DNA of 64,000 bases. It comes from an uncultured virus (IMG/VR IMGVR_UViG_3300025141_000064). Its lineage: Duplodnaviria; Heunggongvirae; Uroviricota; Caudoviricetes. The stretch's first letter is position 1. Each line of letters begins with the position of its first letter. The notes under the pieces are model-generated. The model was not told where the DNA came from and did not search any database. It saw nothing but the letters and a program-made list of their open reading frames with translations. The stretch is from the IMG/VR virus record IMGVR_UViG_3300025141_000064. One strand, 5' to 3'. Below, piece by piece: positions 62,998 to 64,000 of the stretch. The translations under genes and the position numbers were made by a program.

Positions 62998-63107
62998 GCG
63001 GTCTCTATGGAAACGAACCCAGTCCTAACGACTGGATAATCCGACTACTGATATTCTGTATGTCGGCAATGGTAACAGTATCAATCTTATACGCAATATT
63101 CAAATGA
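62994..63107 (+). CDS. Small membrane protein (37 aa, not in the ORF track)
   Basis: MSGLYGNEPSPNDWIIRLLIFCMSAMVTVSILYAIFK; ATGA overlaps at both ends. Confidence 0.6.
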   Translation: MSGLYGNEPSPNDWIIRLLIFCMSAMVTVSILYAIFK

Positions 63108-63391
63108 GCGAAATAATAGACATAGTATTCACCGAGAGAGGTACTGGTAAAAAAATTGAAGGAACCCTTGAGTTCAACGAAGGGGAAGGGATGCAGCTTA
63201 TGTTCAAAGTGGACGAGCCACACCCTAAGATGTTTGACGCTCGCTTTGCTGCAATGACAGCAATGGCAGAGGGAATTACTGCTTTGGTTGAGGGAGCGGA
63301 AGAGTTCGATAGGACTGGCAAGAAACCAAAGACCACTCCATTCACTATGATGCCAATGCCAAGAAAGGAAGACGAAAAATATATGAACTGA
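63104..63391 (+). CDS. Hypothetical protein
   Basis: Coupled ORF. Confidence 0.6.
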   Translation: MSEIIDIVFTERGTGKKIEGTLEFNEGEGMQLMFKVDEPHPKMFDARFAAMTAMAEGITALVEGAEEFDRTGKKPKTTPFTMMPMPRKEDEKYMN

Positions 63392-63711
63392 TGGTAGACC
63401 TATTCAACCAACCACCAAGATTTAACGGCTCTGACTATAAACCAGAGTTAGATGATGTCAGGCTTACGGGTCAGATTGAGCGCGTGTTCAGGTGCATGAA
63501 GGATGGAGAGTGGAGAGGATTGCGGCTGATAGCAGACATAACAGGAGACCCCGAAGCGAGCGTTTCAGCGCAGCTTCGGCACTTGAGAAAGGAACGCTTT
63601 GGAAACCACACCGTAGAAAAGAAAAGGTATGGCGAGGCCAAAAACGGATATTTCAAGTACCGACTACTTGTGCGAGTTCCGAGCAACAAGGAAGGTACTG
63701 TATCAGAATGA
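63391..63711 (+). CDS. Winged-helix DNA-binding protein
   Basis: GEWRGLRLIADITGDPEASVSAQLRHLRK...G...VE...YRL. Confidence 0.7.
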   Translation: MVDLFNQPPRFNGSDYKPELDDVRLTGQIERVFRCMKDGEWRGLRLIADITGDPEASVSAQLRHLRKERFGNHTVEKKRYGEAKNGYFKYRLLVRVPSNKEGTVSE

Positions 63712-63874
63712 GAATGGTAAAGCAATCCGTTGGGGTTACAAGACGGACAGCGAGATCATTCTGATAATATGGAATGACGGAACAGAACTCTTCACCAATA
63801 CGATGGAGATTGTAGAAAAGGAATTAGAGAAGGTCAAAGGGAAGCCCCTATACAAACAGCCAACACTATTTTGA
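63629..63874 (+). CDS. Hypothetical protein (start uncertain)
   Basis: 81-aa ORF overlapping the previous gene. Confidence 0.4.
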   Translation: MARPKTDISSTDYLCEFRATRKVLYQNENGKAIRWGYKTDSEIILIIWNDGTELFTNTMEIVEKELEKVKGKPLYKQPTLF

Positions 63875-64000
63875 ACCACTCATACGCCATATCCATTCTC
63901 AACAAGCGCATCATGGAACTTCAAAAATTGAAGCGTGAAGAAGAGGTCAGAGAGTTCTCAAGGAATACAATGGCAAATTGTCGCTATCAGATTGGGTGCT

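Noticed and set aside
1..64000. Stop-codon reassignment as seen in some crAss-like phages
   Set aside because: Genes are intact and densely tiled under the standard code
1..64000. tRNA/rRNA genes, integrase, DNA polymerase
   Set aside because: None recognised in this window; lifestyle and replication mode cannot be determined here

Overview
The window is a 64-kb segment of a tailed dsDNA phage, most likely a podovirus infecting Bacteroidota. Host evidence: repeated TAnnTTTG promoter boxes and DUF3127- and DUF6633-like genes. Left to right it holds: (1) an accessory amide/peptide-ligation cluster (class-II glutamine amidotransferase, amidoligase, ATP-grasp, gamma-glutamylcyclotransferase); (2) recombination/replication/regulation genes (resolvase-like nuclease, HTH, YqaJ exonuclease, RecT); (3) a lysis module; (4) four glycosyltransferase-like and two methyltransferase genes directly downstream of putative virion proteins carrying Gly-Ser tracts; (5) a 5244-aa polyvalent protein (SF2 helicase, ParB-like, zincin, LPD38-like) plus ejection-type proteins; (6) the tail, capsid, portal and terminase module; (7) a structured non-coding control region; (8) a divergent arm with HNH, GNAT, SSB and small genes. 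The most striking observations are a candidate phage virion O-glycosylation system acting on (GS)n tracts, the apparent absence of CCNGG/GGNCC sites (and hence of Pro-Gly/Gly-Pro dipeptides), and probable leaderless virion-gene promoters. All assignments come from motif recognition by eye; no database searches were run.
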